A DNA stretch of 64,000 bases from Chloroflexi bacterium UBA5189 (GCA_002413045.1 DHWF01000027.1:41413-105412); one strand, 5' to 3'. Shown: positions 52,968 through 63,825, numbered from the stretch's first letter. Numbers and translations are program-made. Notes: a model not told the origin generated them from the sequence alone.

Positions 52968-54622
52968 GGCAGCCCGTACTCGCGCCGCGCTGATTCGAGA
53001 TAGACGTCCACTTCGGCCGCCTGCCGCGGCGCGTCCCAACCGAGCTCGTCGCCGAGGATGGCCGCGACCCCCGGCGCGATCGACGCGCCACGATCCGGCA
53101 GCTCCTGGGCGAGCCGCATCCGACGAGCGAGCACGTCGTCGATCGAGAGCGCGAGCTCGTGGCGGGCGGCCCACGCCACCTCTGCCTGCAGGTGATCCAC
53201 GCCCTCCCCGAGCGGCCTGGCGAGGTCCAGCTCGTTGGCGAGCGCCATCACTTCCGGCGCCTCGCGGCCGTAGCGGTCCGCGAGCCTGCGGGCCACACGG
53301 GCCGGCCATTTCGCGTTCGCCTGCCCGTGCGTCGCGGCGGCGTCGCGAAGCGGCCGCTCCAGGCTGGTCGCGACCTCTGCCAGCTCGGCGAGCGGTGCCG
53401 CGCCAACCAGCGGCAGCTCTGCGGTCGCCGACTTCCGGCGGCGCGCCTCGGTCCTGCCGAGCGAGACATCGACGACATCTCGGGCCATCACGCGGTAGGT
53501 CGTGTACTTGCCGCCGGAGATCCGGACGAGCCCGCTCGCATCCGCGGCCACGCGATGCTCGCGCGACGCCTTGACGGTGGAGCCGCCGGGGTCGCCGACG
53601 AGCGGCCGCATCCCGGCGTACGTCCCGACGATGTCGCCCTTGGTCAGATCGATGTCGATCTGCTTGTTGACGGTCGCGAGGAGCTCGTCGACGTCATCCT
53701 CCGGCGCCGAGACGCTCTCGGGCGTTCGCGAATCCGAATGGTCCGTCGTGCCGATGATCCAGTGGCCCGGCCACGGGATGATGAAAACGACCCGCCCCGG
53801 GATTCGCAACGTCAGGCCGCCGGTCGCCGGGAGACGGTCGCGCCGGATCACGATGTGGGAGCCGCGGCTCGGGACGAATGTGTCGCCGCCCTCGAGCGTG
53901 GCGAATCTCGCCTCCGGGTTGGCGGCCCAGACGCCCGTCGCATCGATGACCCGCTCGGCACGGATCTCGAATTCGTTGCCGCTCACCAGATCGCGGACGC
54001 TCGCCCCGATCAGCCGCTCGCCGTCGAACAACGGCTTATCCGCGTGCAAGCGCGTCGCGGCAACGGCGCCGCCCCGCAGCGCGGTACGCAGGACCGCAAG
54101 CGCCAGACGCGCGTCGTCCTCGACCCCGTCGTGATAGATGATCCCGCCGGTCAGGCCCTTGCGGCGGAGATCCGGCGCGTACTCGATCGCGCTCGACGGC
54201 CGGAGGTGCTTCGAGAAGCCGCCGTCCCGCCGCGCGCCGAGCAGGTCGTACAGGAAGATGCCGCTCCCGTAGAACGCCTGGTGGAACAGCGGGATGCCGT
54301 AGATCGGGAAGAGGAACGGCACGAGCCGGACGAGGTGCGGCGCCAGCCGGAGCAGCCGCGCGCGCTCCTCGAGCGCCTCGTAGACGAGCCCGAAGTGGAG
54401 CTGCTCGAGATAGCGCAGCCCGCCGTGGATGAGGCGCGAGCTCCGGCCGGACGTGCCGCTGGCGATGTCGCGCTGCTCGACCAGCGCGGCACGCAAACCG
54501 CGGCTCGTCGCGTCCAGGAGCGCCCCCGCGCCGACGATTCCGCCACCGACGATCAGCACATCGAAGCGCTCGCCCGCGAGCGCCTCCAGCGCGTCCTTGC
54601 GCCAGGTCGGGTCGGTCGTCAC
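52949..54622 (-). CDS. glpD: FAD-dependent glycerol-3-phosphate dehydrogenase
   Basis: 557 aa with [13 protein letters not shown] and [13 protein letters not shown]. It overlaps the glpK start by 19 nt. Confidence 0.9.
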   Translation of the reverse strand: MTTDPTWRKDALEALAGERFDVLIVGGGIVGAGALLDATSRGLRAALVEQRDIASGTSGRSSRLIHGGLRYLEQLHFGLVYEALEERARLLRLAPHLVRLVPFLFPIYGIPLFHQAFYGSGIFLYDLLGARRDGGFSKHLRPSSAIEYAPDLRRKGLTGGIIYHDGVEDDARLALAVLRTALRGGAVAATRLHADKPLFDGERLIGASVRDLVSGNEFEIRAERVIDATGVWAANPEARFATLEGGDTFVPSRGSHIVIRRDRLPATGGLTLRIPGRVVFIIPWPGHWIIGTTDHSDSRTPESVSAPEDDVDELLATVNKQIDIDLTKGDIVGTYAGMRPLVGDPGGSTVKASREHRVAADASGLVRISGGKYTTYRVMARDVVDVSLGRTEARRRKSATAELPLVGAAPLAELAEVATSLERPLRDAAATHGQANAKWPARVARRLADRYGREAPEVMALANELDLARPLGEGVDHLQAEVAWAARHELALSIDDVLARRMRLAQELPDRGASIAPGVAAILGDELGWDAPRQAAEVDVYLESARREYGLPWATTR

Positions 54623-54623
54623 C

Positions 54624-54875
54624 TCAGGGCTCTGGCGGCCGGCGCGTCGCGATCCCCCACAGCACCAGAACGGTGGCGACGACGAGCCCGATCACGATGA
54701 TGGGCGTCTCGCGGAACAGGTCGCCGATCGCCGGGACGAACGTCGCGAGCAGCTGGACGCCGAGCACCGCCCCCACGGCGACCGCCGCGACGATCAGGAC
54801 GTCGCGCCAGCCGACGTTCCGCCGGCCGCTCGCCGGCTCCGGATCAGCCACGATCGGCCTCCTTCGGGATCCCAA
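54624..54875 (-). CDS. small two-TM membrane protein
   Basis: 83 aa (or 75 aa from GTG 54851) with two hydrophobic helices. It is tightly coupled upstream of glpD. Confidence 0.5.
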   Translation of the reverse strand: MGSRRRPIVADPEPASGRRNVGWRDVLIVAAVAVGAVLGVQLLATFVPAIGDLFRETPIIVIGLVVATVLVLWGIATRRPPEP

Positions 54876-55683
54876 TCGGCGCGACGAGGACCTTGCCCGC
54901 GAGCGACGCGCCGCGCTTCGTGAGCAGCCCGGTCTTCGGGCGATGGAACGTCACCGTCAGGTCGGCGCGGACGACGGGCTGCGAGGCGTCGCCGGAGGTC
55001 AGGTCGACGCCGGTCGGCGTATCGACCGCGACGATCGGGACCTTCGCGGCGCGCGCCTTCAGCACCACTTCGACCGCCGAGCGGATCGGGTCGCGCAGCG
55101 CGCCGGTGCCGCCGGTGCCGCCGGTGCCGAGCAGGGCATCAACCACGATCGAGGCCTTCTCGACGTCGCGCGCGAGCACGCGCAGGTCGGCGACCGAGGC
55201 GGCGTGAATGCGCGTGACCCGTGGCTCGCGATCGAGCCGATCCCAGTTGCGGCCCGCGTCAGGCGTGGTCGGCCGAGCGGCGCCAGACACGAGGACCGCC
55301 GCGACTTCGGCTCCGGCCTTGGCCAGGTAGCGAGCCGCCACGAACCCGTCACCACCGTTGTTACCAGGACCGCACAGGACGAGGATCGCGCCCTTCTTCC
55401 AGCGGTCCGTCGCCTCGCCGATGGCCATCGTCGCCGCGGCGACTGCCGCGCCCGCGTGCTCCATGAGGCGCTGGCCGGGAACGCCGCGGATCTGGGCGCG
55501 TTTGTCGGCACCCGCCATCGCCTCCGCACCGATCGGCGACCGCGCGGCGGCGCCCGCCCAACGCCGTCGAAGCGCTCGCAGGTCAAGGCCCATCAGCTCG
55601 GCGTCATCGGCCGGCAGCAGGTCGTCGGCAGGATCCGGTGCGCGCGTCGAACCGGGCGTCGCGAGGGTGGGTGTCGGGGTCAC
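54844..55683 (-). CDS. NAD(P)H-hydrate epimerase (YjeF N-terminal domain family)
   Basis: Trimmed to GTG at 55683. It has ILVLCGPGNNGGDGFVAARYL and DALLGTG motifs. Confidence 0.8.
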   Translation of the reverse strand: MTPTPTLATPGSTRAPDPADDLLPADDAELMGLDLRALRRRWAGAAARSPIGAEAMAGADKRAQIRGVPGQRLMEHAGAAVAAATMAIGEATDRWKKGAILVLCGPGNNGGDGFVAARYLAKAGAEVAAVLVSGAARPTTPDAGRNWDRLDREPRVTRIHAASVADLRVLARDVEKASIVVDALLGTGGTGGTGALRDPIRSAVEVVLKARAAKVPIVAVDTPTGVDLTSGDASQPVVRADLTVTFHRPKTGLLTKRGASLAGKVLVAPIGIPKEADRG

Positions 55684-55733
55684 GAGTGAAGCGTAGCCGA
55701 GGGGCTCGCGGACGGGGAACCTAGACTCGATCA

Positions 55734-56141
55734 GTGGACCGATCGGGCACGCTCCTGTATGACGCCGACTGCGGCCTGTGCATCGCGACCGCGACGTGGC
55801 TCGCGAGCGTCGTGTCGGCAACCGACCTCGGGTTGCTGGCGCTCCAGGAGGTCGGGTCGGATCCGGCCATCGCGGCCGCGGTCGAGGGGCGAGGTCTTCG
55901 GGATCGCGTCCACTTCGTTCGCGCGGACGGCCAGGTGCTGACCGGCGCCCAGGCCGTTCTGGCTGCCGGCCGTCTGATCCCCGTTCTTGGGGTCTACGCG
56001 GCACTGCTCGATCGGCCGCTGGGCCACCGGCTCCTCGAGCCGCTGTACGACGAGATCGCGTCGCATCGACGCCTGATCGGACGGCTGCTCGGGCTGCCCG
56101 AGGTCTGCCCGCTCCCTACGCGCGCCCGCGGCGGCGGCTGA
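55734..56141 (+). CDS. thiol-disulfide oxidoreductase DCC family (DUF393)
   Basis: 135 aa with LLYDADCGLC at the N-terminus. Confidence 0.8.
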   Translation: MDRSGTLLYDADCGLCIATATWLASVVSATDLGLLALQEVGSDPAIAAAVEGRGLRDRVHFVRADGQVLTGAQAVLAAGRLIPVLGVYAALLDRPLGHRLLEPLYDEIASHRRLIGRLLGLPEVCPLPTRARGGG

Positions 56142-56243
56142 GGTCGATCAGCCGGCGAGCTTCCACCCAAGCTCAGAAATGAGCCGAACGGCTCTGCCGG
56201 ATCAGCCGTCGACGTCTCATGCTCAGGCCGAAGAGGTGCAGCA

Positions 56244-56633
56244 ATGACGCTCAACATCAACATCGTCGAGGCGACGCAGAAGAACACGTATTTCAGGCAC
56301 GTCCTGTCGACCGGGCCGAACGCCCAGGTCGTCGTGATGAGCATTCCGGCAGGCGGCGAGATCGGCGAAGAGGTCCATGAGCACGTCGACCAGGTCCTGG
56401 TGTTCGTGGCCGGAGAGGGCGTCGCGATCCTTGACGGCGACGAGACGCACGTTGGACCCGATCACCTCGTGCACGTGCCCGCCGGGGCGCGTCACAACGT
56501 CGTGAACCGGGGCTCGTTCCCGCTCCGGCTCTACACCGTATATGCGCCGCCCCAGCACGCGCAGGGCACGATCCATCGGACCAAGGCCGAGGCCGACGTC
56601 GATGCGGCGGACCACTACGTCCCGCTCGCGTAA
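56244..56633 (+). CDS. cupin domain protein
   Basis: 129 aa with the cupin motifs GEEVHEHVDQVLVFVAGEG and VHVPAGARHNVVN. Confidence 0.8.
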   Translation: MTLNINIVEATQKNTYFRHVLSTGPNAQVVVMSIPAGGEIGEEVHEHVDQVLVFVAGEGVAILDGDETHVGPDHLVHVPAGARHNVVNRGSFPLRLYTVYAPPQHAQGTIHRTKAEADVDAADHYVPLA

Positions 56634-56660
56634 GCGACCACGCCCGGTCGCGCGGCGCGC

Positions 56661-56984
56661 TCAGGGACACGAGGCATCCTGAATGACCAGGACCTGGTTG
56701 GCAGGGTTGACAGGCTCGTAGCAGACCTTCGCAGCACGAATCAGGTCCTGGCTCCAGGTCCGCGTCGCGATTCGATCGAGGCTCTGGCCGCCGGCCATGA
56801 ATCGATAGCGGATGACGCTGTCAGCCGGGTTCCCGCGGAACACCGACGGGCGCGTCTCGATGCCCAGGATCTCGACCGTCGCGGTCGCCGTTCGGCGACG
56901 ACCGGCGTCCTGTCCGACCACCGCCAACGAGACCAGGACGAGCGCGAGCACCAGCAGGAGTAACGCCAGCGGCCTCGGGATCAC
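56661..56984 (-). CDS. small membrane-anchored protein
   Basis: GTG at 56984 overlaps the mutY stop (GTGA). It has an N-terminal TM segment (PLALLLLVLALVLVSLAVV) and a ~75-aa soluble part. Confidence 0.55.
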   Translation of the reverse strand: MIPRPLALLLLVLALVLVSLAVVGQDAGRRRTATATVEILGIETRPSVFRGNPADSVIRYRFMAGGQSLDRIATRTWSQDLIRAAKVCYEPVNPANQVLVIQDASCP

Positions 56985-57910
56985 GTCGACGTCGGCGTGG
57001 CAGCCGAGAATCGCGCGGTGAGACCGTCGGAACGCGGATCGAGCTCGATGAGCCCGTCCCTCGCCAGGGTCGTGATTGCCAGCTCGACGGCGCGAACGTC
57101 GTGCTCGCCGATCGGCTCCGCGAAGCGAATCCACGCGTCGTCCGGCGCATCGCGAAGGCGATCGACGATTCGGCCGCGAAGCCAGCGCGTCGTCGATTCG
57201 AAACGGAGCTGCCGCGGCCGATCGGAAGACACGGGCGCCGCCTCCATTGGCGGTCGCGCGTCCGATGCGCTCGTGGCATAGGTGCATCTGGCCTGGAGGG
57301 GACAGATTGCGCATCGTGGGTTGCTGGGCCGGCAGCATGCGGCCCCGATGTCCATGAGGGCGTGGGTCCATGCACCAGGCCAGTCGGACGGCACGATCGC
57401 GTCGGCGGCAACCTGCAACGCGCGCGGCGGGAGTGCACCAGGCAGGAATGCCCGACCGAGGACTCGCCGGATGTTGACGTCGAGCGCCGCGACCGGCCGG
57501 CCAAACGCGATCGCAACGACTGCGCGAGCGGTATAGGGGCCGACGCCCGGAAGTCGCTCGAGGGCTTCAACGTCGTCGGGCACCCGACCGCGGTGGTCCT
57601 CGACGATCGCGACGGCCGCGGCCCGAAGCGCAATCGCGCGGCGGTTATGGCCAAGGCCGCGCCAGGCGCGGATTACGGCCGCCGGCGAGGCAGCCGCGAG
57701 CGACACGGGGTTCGGAAACTCGGACATGAAGCTGGTCCAGGCCTCGGCTGCGCGCGCTGCCTGTGTCTGCTGGGCCATGACCTCCGAGACGAGGATCGCC
57801 CACGGGTCGGTCGTTCGGCGGAACGCGAGGTCGCGGCCGTTTGCGGCATACCAGTCGAGGACGGCCGATTGCATCTCGGCGATGCGGTCGGGGGCGATGG
57901 CGAGGTTCAT
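56981..57910 (-). CDS. mutY: A/G-specific adenine DNA glycosylase family (HhH-GPD, 4Fe-4S)
   Basis: Trimmed to ATG at 57910. It has LDWYAANGRDLAFRRTTDPWAILVSEVMAQQTQ, the HhH motif LPGVGPYTARAV and the FeS motif CCRPSNPRCAICPLQARC. Confidence 0.85.
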   Translation of the reverse strand: MNLAIAPDRIAEMQSAVLDWYAANGRDLAFRRTTDPWAILVSEVMAQQTQAARAAEAWTSFMSEFPNPVSLAAASPAAVIRAWRGLGHNRRAIALRAAAVAIVEDHRGRVPDDVEALERLPGVGPYTARAVVAIAFGRPVAALDVNIRRVLGRAFLPGALPPRALQVAADAIVPSDWPGAWTHALMDIGAACCRPSNPRCAICPLQARCTYATSASDARPPMEAAPVSSDRPRQLRFESTTRWLRGRIVDRLRDAPDDAWIRFAEPIGEHDVRAVELAITTLARDGLIELDPRSDGLTARFSAATPTST

Positions 57911-57915
57911 CTCCG

Positions 57916-58314
57916 TCAGCGATCCCGCCCCCCATGCGTTGACCCGGCGGGCGTGATCGGGCCAAAGGCCCGAGCGACGGTCCGCAAGCCGGCGAGGCCG
58001 AGAACGATCGAGGCGACAAGCGCTACGAGGCCGGGCACCAGGAGCACGCCGTTGTCGAAACAGGAGGAGTCGCACGGTCTCGCTCCACTGAACTGGCTCA
58101 GCAGAACCATCCAGCCCCCGGCCGCGCCGAGGACAATCGACCCAATCAGGCCTGCGGCGGTCATCAGGGCCGCCCTGCGCGGGAGCGTGGAGCGCTCGAC
58201 GGCGAGAACGATCACGCCGAATACGACGAGCGCGATCGTCCACCAGGCCTCAGACGTCGTGATCGCGAACGCGGCCACGAACACGGCCGCGGCGAGTGCG
58301 ATGACGCCGATCAT
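57916..58314 (-). CDS. four-TM membrane protein, unknown function
   Basis: 132 aa, almost entirely hydrophobic helices. Confidence 0.6.
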   Translation of the reverse strand: MIGVIALAAAVFVAAFAITTSEAWWTIALVVFGVIVLAVERSTLPRRAALMTAAGLIGSIVLGAAGGWMVLLSQFSGARPCDSSCFDNGVLLVPGLVALVASIVLGLAGLRTVARAFGPITPAGSTHGGRDR

Positions 58315-58329
58315 GCCGCGAGTCTATGT

Positions 58330-59535
58330 TCAGCTGAGCTGCTCATGCCGATCGAGCTCGGGGTAGACCCGCGCCACGGCCAGCACGCCGAGCAGGCAGA
58401 GCAGCCCGCCACTGATGACCGACAGTTGCGCCCCGATCGCCGCTGCGACGGCCGCCGCCTCGATGTCGCCGACCCGAGGTCCGCTGGTCACGACGAGCAG
58501 GTGGATGGCACTGATCCGACCACGTAGCTCGTCGGGCGTCGTGAGCTGGACGACGCTCGACCGCAGCACGGCCGAGAGGACGTCGGCCGCGCCGGCGATT
58601 GCCAGGAAGCCGAGGGCGAGCGGGAACGAGAACGTCGACAGCCCGAACAGGACGATCGCGGCGCCCCAGACCGCCACGGCGACGATGATCCCCCGGCCGA
58701 CCCGCCGGATTCGGATCACCGCGCCCGAGATCGCCGCCCCGAGGAACGCACCGGCCGCCGGCGCGGCGTTGAGCAGCCCGACCCCGATCGGCCCGGCATG
58801 GAAGACGTCGAGCGCGAGCGCGGGGAACAGCGCCTGGGGCATCCCGAAGATCATCGCGTTGAGGTCGATCGCGAAGGTCGAGAGGATCACCCGCCGGCCG
58901 CGCACGTAGCGAAGTCCCTCGCGGATCGCCTCGAGCCCGGCGCGGGACCCCTTGACCAGGGGCGGGATCGACGGCAACGCCGTGATGGCGAGGATCGAGA
59001 TCGCGAACGAGGCGACATCGACGGCATATGCCCCGGCGACCCCGATCGTGGCCAGGATGACGCCGCCAACGGCTGGCCCGATGACGGACCCAGCGTTGTA
59101 GCTCAACTGCCCGAGCGCAATCGCCGCCGGGAGACGCGCCGCGGGCACGAGCCGAGGGATTGCCGAGGAACGGGTCGGGCCCTCGACGGCCTGGAACGCC
59201 GACGCCACCGCGGCAATCGCGAAGAGCACCGCGACCGAGGGAGTGCCGGCCAGCGACACAGCCATCAGCGCCGCGCTGGTGCCCGCGAGCCCGAGCTGGG
59301 TGACGATCAGGAGCCGCCGCCGGTCAACGGCGTCTGCGAGGGAGCCGCCGGCAAGCGAGAACACCAGGAGCGGGACCAGCTGGACGAACGTGAGCGCGGC
59401 GATCGCCAGCGTCGAGTGAGTGATCACGTACACCTGGAACGGCAGCGCGACTCGCGTGACCTGGTTGCCGATGACGTTGATGCTCTGGCCGGTCCACAGC
59501 AGGCGATACGCCGGCAGCTCGCGGAGCGGCGACAC
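58330..59535 (-). CDS. MFS transporter
   Basis: Twelve-TM-like profile with YRLLWTGQSINVIGNQVTRVALPF. The start is uncertain (GTG 59535 chosen). Confidence 0.8.
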   Translation of the reverse strand: MSPLRELPAYRLLWTGQSINVIGNQVTRVALPFQVYVITHSTLAIAALTFVQLVPLLVFSLAGGSLADAVDRRRLLIVTQLGLAGTSAALMAVSLAGTPSVAVLFAIAAVASAFQAVEGPTRSSAIPRLVPAARLPAAIALGQLSYNAGSVIGPAVGGVILATIGVAGAYAVDVASFAISILAITALPSIPPLVKGSRAGLEAIREGLRYVRGRRVILSTFAIDLNAMIFGMPQALFPALALDVFHAGPIGVGLLNAAPAAGAFLGAAISGAVIRIRRVGRGIIVAVAVWGAAIVLFGLSTFSFPLALGFLAIAGAADVLSAVLRSSVVQLTTPDELRGRISAIHLLVVTSGPRVGDIEAAAVAAAIGAQLSVISGGLLCLLGVLAVARVYPELDRHEQLS

Positions 59536-59608
59536 ATCGAGGACGACCCGTCGGAGGTTCAGGGCAGCTTCAGCGCGGTTCGCTTGGTGATCCGGACGAA
59601 TACAACAC

Positions 59609-60628
59609 CTAGGGCAGGAACTCCGACATCGCCGAGACGTTGCACGACTGGTGCAGGCAGGGCAGCCCGAAGACGCGCTCGACCGTGCGGAGGAGCCCGT
59701 AGTGATTGTGGGTGATCGTCGAGACCTTGCCGGAGAGCCCGGCGCGCGCCACAACGGTGAACACGCGGCCGCCGCCATTCGTGCTTGTCGTGCCCTCGTC
59801 GAAGGTGATGATCAGGAGCGTATGCGCCCAGTCCGGCGCCTTGAGCACGTGGGGCACGAAGGCCTTGAGGAACGCATCGCCTCTCGCCATCGAACAGTCA
59901 TGCATGTCGTTGCAGAGGTTCGGGACCACGAACGCGAGGTTGACGTTCGGATCGAACTGGACGAGCGGCCGGATGTTGGCGCAACGTGAGCTCCGGGAGA
60001 CGTACGTAAAGCTCATCGCCGGATCGTGCCTCCGGGCGTACGTTCCGGCGACGCCCCAGCCATCGACGCCGCCCGTGTACGTCGTTCCGGTATGGCAACC
60101 GGTCGTCGTCGGGTAGTCCTGGGCGTAGGTGCGCCAGGACAGGCCCGCAGCCGCCATCTGATTCGAGATGCTCGTCCCCGTGAAGTTGTACGTCCCGTCG
60201 TTCGTGACGCCTTCAGTCGAGCCGGCCCAGAACGCGAGGTAGTTCGGCAGCGACGGGTGGCGGATGGCGTAGTAGCGATCCGCTCGGCCGAACGTTCTCG
60301 AGAGGCCATACAAGTACGGCATCGAGGTCGAGGTGACCGCCGTCGCCTCGTGGTTCTCCATCCAGATCACCACGACGTGCCGGATCGCACCCGTGGCCGT
60401 CGCGGGTCCGGCGCGAGCCTGATCGGTGGCCGTTGTCGTCGGTGCGGGGCCCGCTGTGGCGATGCCCATTGGCACGACGGTGCCGACTGGAGCCGAGGAT
60501 GCCGCCGTCGAGTCGAGGGGTGCTTGTCCGGATGGCGAGCATGCGACGAGGCTCGCAACGCAGAAGGCCGCGCCTCCCCACCACATCCGATTGGGACGGC
60601 GGCGAGAGCTGGTCGCGTCCGTTTGCAT
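59609..60628 (-). CDS. secreted phosphoesterase-family protein (acid phosphatase / phospholipase C-like), lipoprotein signal
   Basis: 339 aa. The lipobox is SLVACS. The motifs VVVIWMENH, PSLPNYL, RHDP, NLCNDMHD and FDEG match the family. Confidence 0.8.
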   Translation of the reverse strand: MQTDATSSRRRPNRMWWGGAAFCVASLVACSPSGQAPLDSTAASSAPVGTVVPMGIATAGPAPTTTATDQARAGPATATGAIRHVVVIWMENHEATAVTSTSMPYLYGLSRTFGRADRYYAIRHPSLPNYLAFWAGSTEGVTNDGTYNFTGTSISNQMAAAGLSWRTYAQDYPTTTGCHTGTTYTGGVDGWGVAGTYARRHDPAMSFTYVSRSSRCANIRPLVQFDPNVNLAFVVPNLCNDMHDCSMARGDAFLKAFVPHVLKAPDWAHTLLIITFDEGTTSTNGGGRVFTVVARAGLSGKVSTITHNHYGLLRTVERVFGLPCLHQSCNVSAMSEFLP

Positions 60629-60778
60629 GCCTTGTGCGATGGTGGCCCTGGTCTCATCGTCGCGTCAACTGGAGCAAGCACGGACGACAGGCGGGGACGC
60701 ATATTCTCGCGCACGTCGTGGCTTCGGACCAGTCCTTCCGACGGCCCGGGGCCGCCACTCGAACCGGAGGAATCGCGC

Positions 60779-61453
60779 TTGCCGGACTCGCTGCCTCGCC
60801 CGCTTGGCCTGATCTTCGATCTCGATGGGACGCTCGTCGACACCGTGTCCGCGCGGATTGCGGGCTGGGTCGAGGCGCTTGTCGCCGCCGGGGTCCCGGC
60901 GTCGCGCGAGCAGATCGCCCCGATGATCGGGATGGATGGGCGGCGCCTTGCGCGCCTGGTCGCCGCGGCGGCGGACCGCACGCTGACCGATGACGAGATC
61001 GAGCAAGCGGACCGTGCCGCGGGCGAAGCCTTCGATCGGCTGAATCGCACGCCTCGACCGCTGCCGGGTACCGCCGAGCTGTTCGCCGCTGCTGGAGCGG
61101 CGGGCGTGCCGTGGGTCATCGCAACGTCCAGTCGGAAGCAACAGGTGGTCGCGTCCGTCGCGGCGCTCGGGCTCGAGACGCCCCCGACGATCGTCGACGG
61201 CAGCCACGTCAAGCACGCCAAGCCTGCGCCGGACCTGTTGCTGCTTGCGGCGAAGCGCCTCGGCGTCGCGCCGGCCGAATGCTGGGCCATCGGCGACTCG
61301 ACCTGGGACATGCGCGCCGCAGTGGCCGGCGGGATGACAGCGATCGGCGTGACGGCTGGCTCGGCGGTCAACGCCGATGCGCTCGTGGAGGCGGGCGCCG
61401 CACTCGTCGTCGCCACACTTGGCGAGCTCATTGACAAGCTGCGGCTGGACTGA
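60779..61453 (+). CDS. HAD-superfamily hydrolase
   Basis: Trimmed to TTG at 60779 (RBS GGAGG 8 nt upstream). It has LIFDLDGTLVDT, VIATSS, KPAPD and IGDSTWD motifs. Confidence 0.85.
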   Translation: MPDSLPRPLGLIFDLDGTLVDTVSARIAGWVEALVAAGVPASREQIAPMIGMDGRRLARLVAAAADRTLTDDEIEQADRAAGEAFDRLNRTPRPLPGTAELFAAAGAAGVPWVIATSSRKQQVVASVAALGLETPPTIVDGSHVKHAKPAPDLLLLAAKRLGVAPAECWAIGDSTWDMRAAVAGGMTAIGVTAGSAVNADALVEAGAALVVATLGELIDKLRLD

Positions 61454-61498
61454 AACCTGGCATGCAGACGAGATGAGCGGGCGCGGCGTGCCGAAGGG

Positions 61499-62266
61499 CT
61501 AGCGACCGAGGAGCAGCGCCACGACGAGGATGACGGCGGCCGAGCCACTCACGAGGACGTCGAGCGGAATCCACGCGACCGGGCGGTAGGTGGTCCGCGG
61601 GCCGCTGCCGAAGCCGCGGGCGTCCATCGCGATGGCGAGCTGGTCGGCATGCCGGATCGCGCGTACGAGCACGCCGACCAGGAGGCGCGGGTGCCATTCG
61701 CGCAGGCCGCGCAGTCGGCGCGCGGCGCGCAACGTGGTGAGGTCGTCGACGATCTTGGGGACGGCCTGATACGCGGCGAGGGCGCCGTAGGCGAAGCGCG
61801 GCGAGACGCGCCCGAGCTGGACGAGCGAGTCGATGAGCCGGGTCACGTCCGTGGTCAGCGTGAACACGGCCCCGATGCACACGATCGCGGCGATGCGCAT
61901 GCCGAGACCCGCGGCGGCGGCGAGGGCCTCGGCTGTCACCCGGAGCGGCCCGATCCGGACGAGCTCCGTGGCCAGTGGGTCGGTGTTGTGGTTCGAGAAC
62001 AGCAGGTTCGTGACGGCGATGCCTACCGCAGCGATGGCGAACGGCGCAATTCGGCGACCCAGCGCGGCGGGCGTGATGGCGCCTAGCGTCACCCCGGCGG
62101 CGAGCGCAACAACGAGCAGGATCGCCGGCGGCCGGACATCGACCGTGAGCCCGAGCCCGAGGAGCCAGACGATCGCGATTCCGAGCTTGACCAGCGGATT
62201 CGTGCGCCCGAGCACGCTCGCCTGCTGAGCGACCCCGACGTCCGGCACGAACAGCCTCGCGCTCAT
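61499..62266 (-). CDS. ECF transporter transmembrane (T) component
   Basis: 255 aa polytopic protein with the conserved ARG motif region (AMDARGFG). It overlaps the ATPase gene stop by 4 nt. Confidence 0.85.
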   Translation of the reverse strand: MSARLFVPDVGVAQQASVLGRTNPLVKLGIAIVWLLGLGLTVDVRPPAILLVVALAAGVTLGAITPAALGRRIAPFAIAAVGIAVTNLLFSNHNTDPLATELVRIGPLRVTAEALAAAAGLGMRIAAIVCIGAVFTLTTDVTRLIDSLVQLGRVSPRFAYGALAAYQAVPKIVDDLTTLRAARRLRGLREWHPRLLVGVLVRAIRHADQLAIAMDARGFGSGPRTTYRPVAWIPLDVLVSGSAAVILVVALLLGR

Positions 62267-63825
62267 GCGGCGCCCACCCGTTCATCGGTCGCGACCCAGC
62301 CGTCCGCGAGCTCGACCCGCCCGTCCGTCGCGTCTCGGACAAATCGCTCGTCGTGGGTCGCGGCGAGCATCGCGCTCCCCTGCCCGACCAGCTCGTCGAG
62401 CGCGGCGACGAGGGCCTCGTGGCCGCGTCTGTCCTGGCCGTAGGTCGGCTCGTCGAGCGCCAGCAGGAGCGGCCGGCGGGCGAGCCCCGTCACGAGCGAG
62501 AGCCGCCGCTGCTCGCCGCCGGAGAGCCGGTACGGGCTACGGTCGCCGAACCGTTCCAGCGGCAGCCGCAGCCGATCGCACAGCTCGTGCGCATAGCGAA
62601 CCTGGTCCGCGTCGAGCCCGAGCTCGACCTCCTCGAGCACGGAATCGGCAAGGAACCCCAGCTCCGGATCCTGCACGACGTAGCCAACTTGGCGAGCCAG
62701 CTCGCCGCCCGCCAGTCGCCGCGGATCGCGACCCCCGAGGCGAATCTCGCCCGCGATCGGCTTCAGCAGCCCGAGCGCGAGGCGCAGCAGCGTCGTCTTG
62801 CCGCTGCCGTTCGGGCCCACGAGCGCGATCCGATCGCCCGCGACAACCTCCAGGTCGATCGATCGGAGCACTGGTTCTCCGGGCTCGAACGCGAACCTTA
62901 CCGATGTGAGCTCGAGAATCGGGATCGACCCGAGCGGGCCCGGCGCGCGCCGGGACGGATCGGCTCCGCTCCTGCGCGCCGCGCCCGCAGTCTCGGGTAG
63001 CCACACGCCCGCGGCTTCGAGCTTCCTCGCCGATCGACGGAGCACGTCCTTCGGCGGCCCGACGTCGATCGGGCGGCCGTCGTCGTCGAGCGCGAGGACG
63101 AGATCGGCGAGCGGCCACGCAAGCGCGGCTCGATGCTCCACCAGCACGATCGTCGCCGCGCGCCGCGACCGGATGTCGGCGAGGATCGCGAAGACCGACG
63201 CCGCGCCATCGGGATCGAGGCTCGCCGTCGGCTCGTCGAGGACGAGCAGGCCCGGCTTCGCCGCGAGCACGCCCGCGATCGCGACCCGCTGCTGCTCCCC
63301 GCCCGAGAGCCGCGTGGATCGCCGTCCCTCGAATCCCGCGAGCCCAACGGCCTCGAGCGCCTCCGGCACGCGCGCCCGCATGGCAACCATCGGCCAGGCG
63401 AGGTTCTCGAGCCCGAAGGCCACGTCGTCGCCGACGCGCTCCATGACGAGCTGGCTCGCCGGATCCTGGAGGACGATCCCTGCGCCGAGGCGAGCTGCCG
63501 TGATCGGGCCCGCCGGGTCGTCGAGCGCGCCCGCAACGTCTCGGGCGACCTCGATATCCCCGACGCGCAGCGAGCCCTGCCACGCCCCGGCGAACTGGCT
63601 CGGCAGCAGGCCGGCAAGCCCACGCGCGATCGTGCTCTTGCCCGATCCGGACGGCCCGACGACGAGCAGGAGCTGCCCCGGCTGGACCTCGAGCTCGAGA
63701 TCGCGAATCGCCGGTCGATCGGCGCCGGCGTACGTGAATCCCGCGCCGGACGCGCGGATCGACGCCGGTGTCGACGCCCCCGGAACGCCCCCCGCGATGA
63801 CGCCGGCCGCGATCGCGCCGCTCAG
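62263..63825 (-). CDS. ECF/ABC transporter fused tandem ATPase (two nucleotide-binding domains)
   Basis: It has two Walker A sites (GPSGSGKST, GPNGSGKTT) and two signature motifs (LSGGEQQR, LSGGEQRR). There is no in-frame ATG/GTG/TTG between the upstream gene stop (63822-63824) and Walker A. A CTG at 63825 is proposed as the start. Confidence 0.8.
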   Translation of the reverse strand: MSGAIAAGVIAGGVPGASTPASIRASGAGFTYAGADRPAIRDLELEVQPGQLLLVVGPSGSGKSTIARGLAGLLPSQFAGAWQGSLRVGDIEVARDVAGALDDPAGPITAARLGAGIVLQDPASQLVMERVGDDVAFGLENLAWPMVAMRARVPEALEAVGLAGFEGRRSTRLSGGEQQRVAIAGVLAAKPGLLVLDEPTASLDPDGAASVFAILADIRSRRAATIVLVEHRAALAWPLADLVLALDDDGRPIDVGPPKDVLRRSARKLEAAGVWLPETAGAARRSGADPSRRAPGPLGSIPILELTSVRFAFEPGEPVLRSIDLEVVAGDRIALVGPNGSGKTTLLRLALGLLKPIAGEIRLGGRDPRRLAGGELARQVGYVVQDPELGFLADSVLEEVELGLDADQVRYAHELCDRLRLPLERFGDRSPYRLSGGEQRRLSLVTGLARRPLLLALDEPTYGQDRRGHEALVAALDELVGQGSAMLAATHDERFVRDATDGRVELADGWVATDERVGAA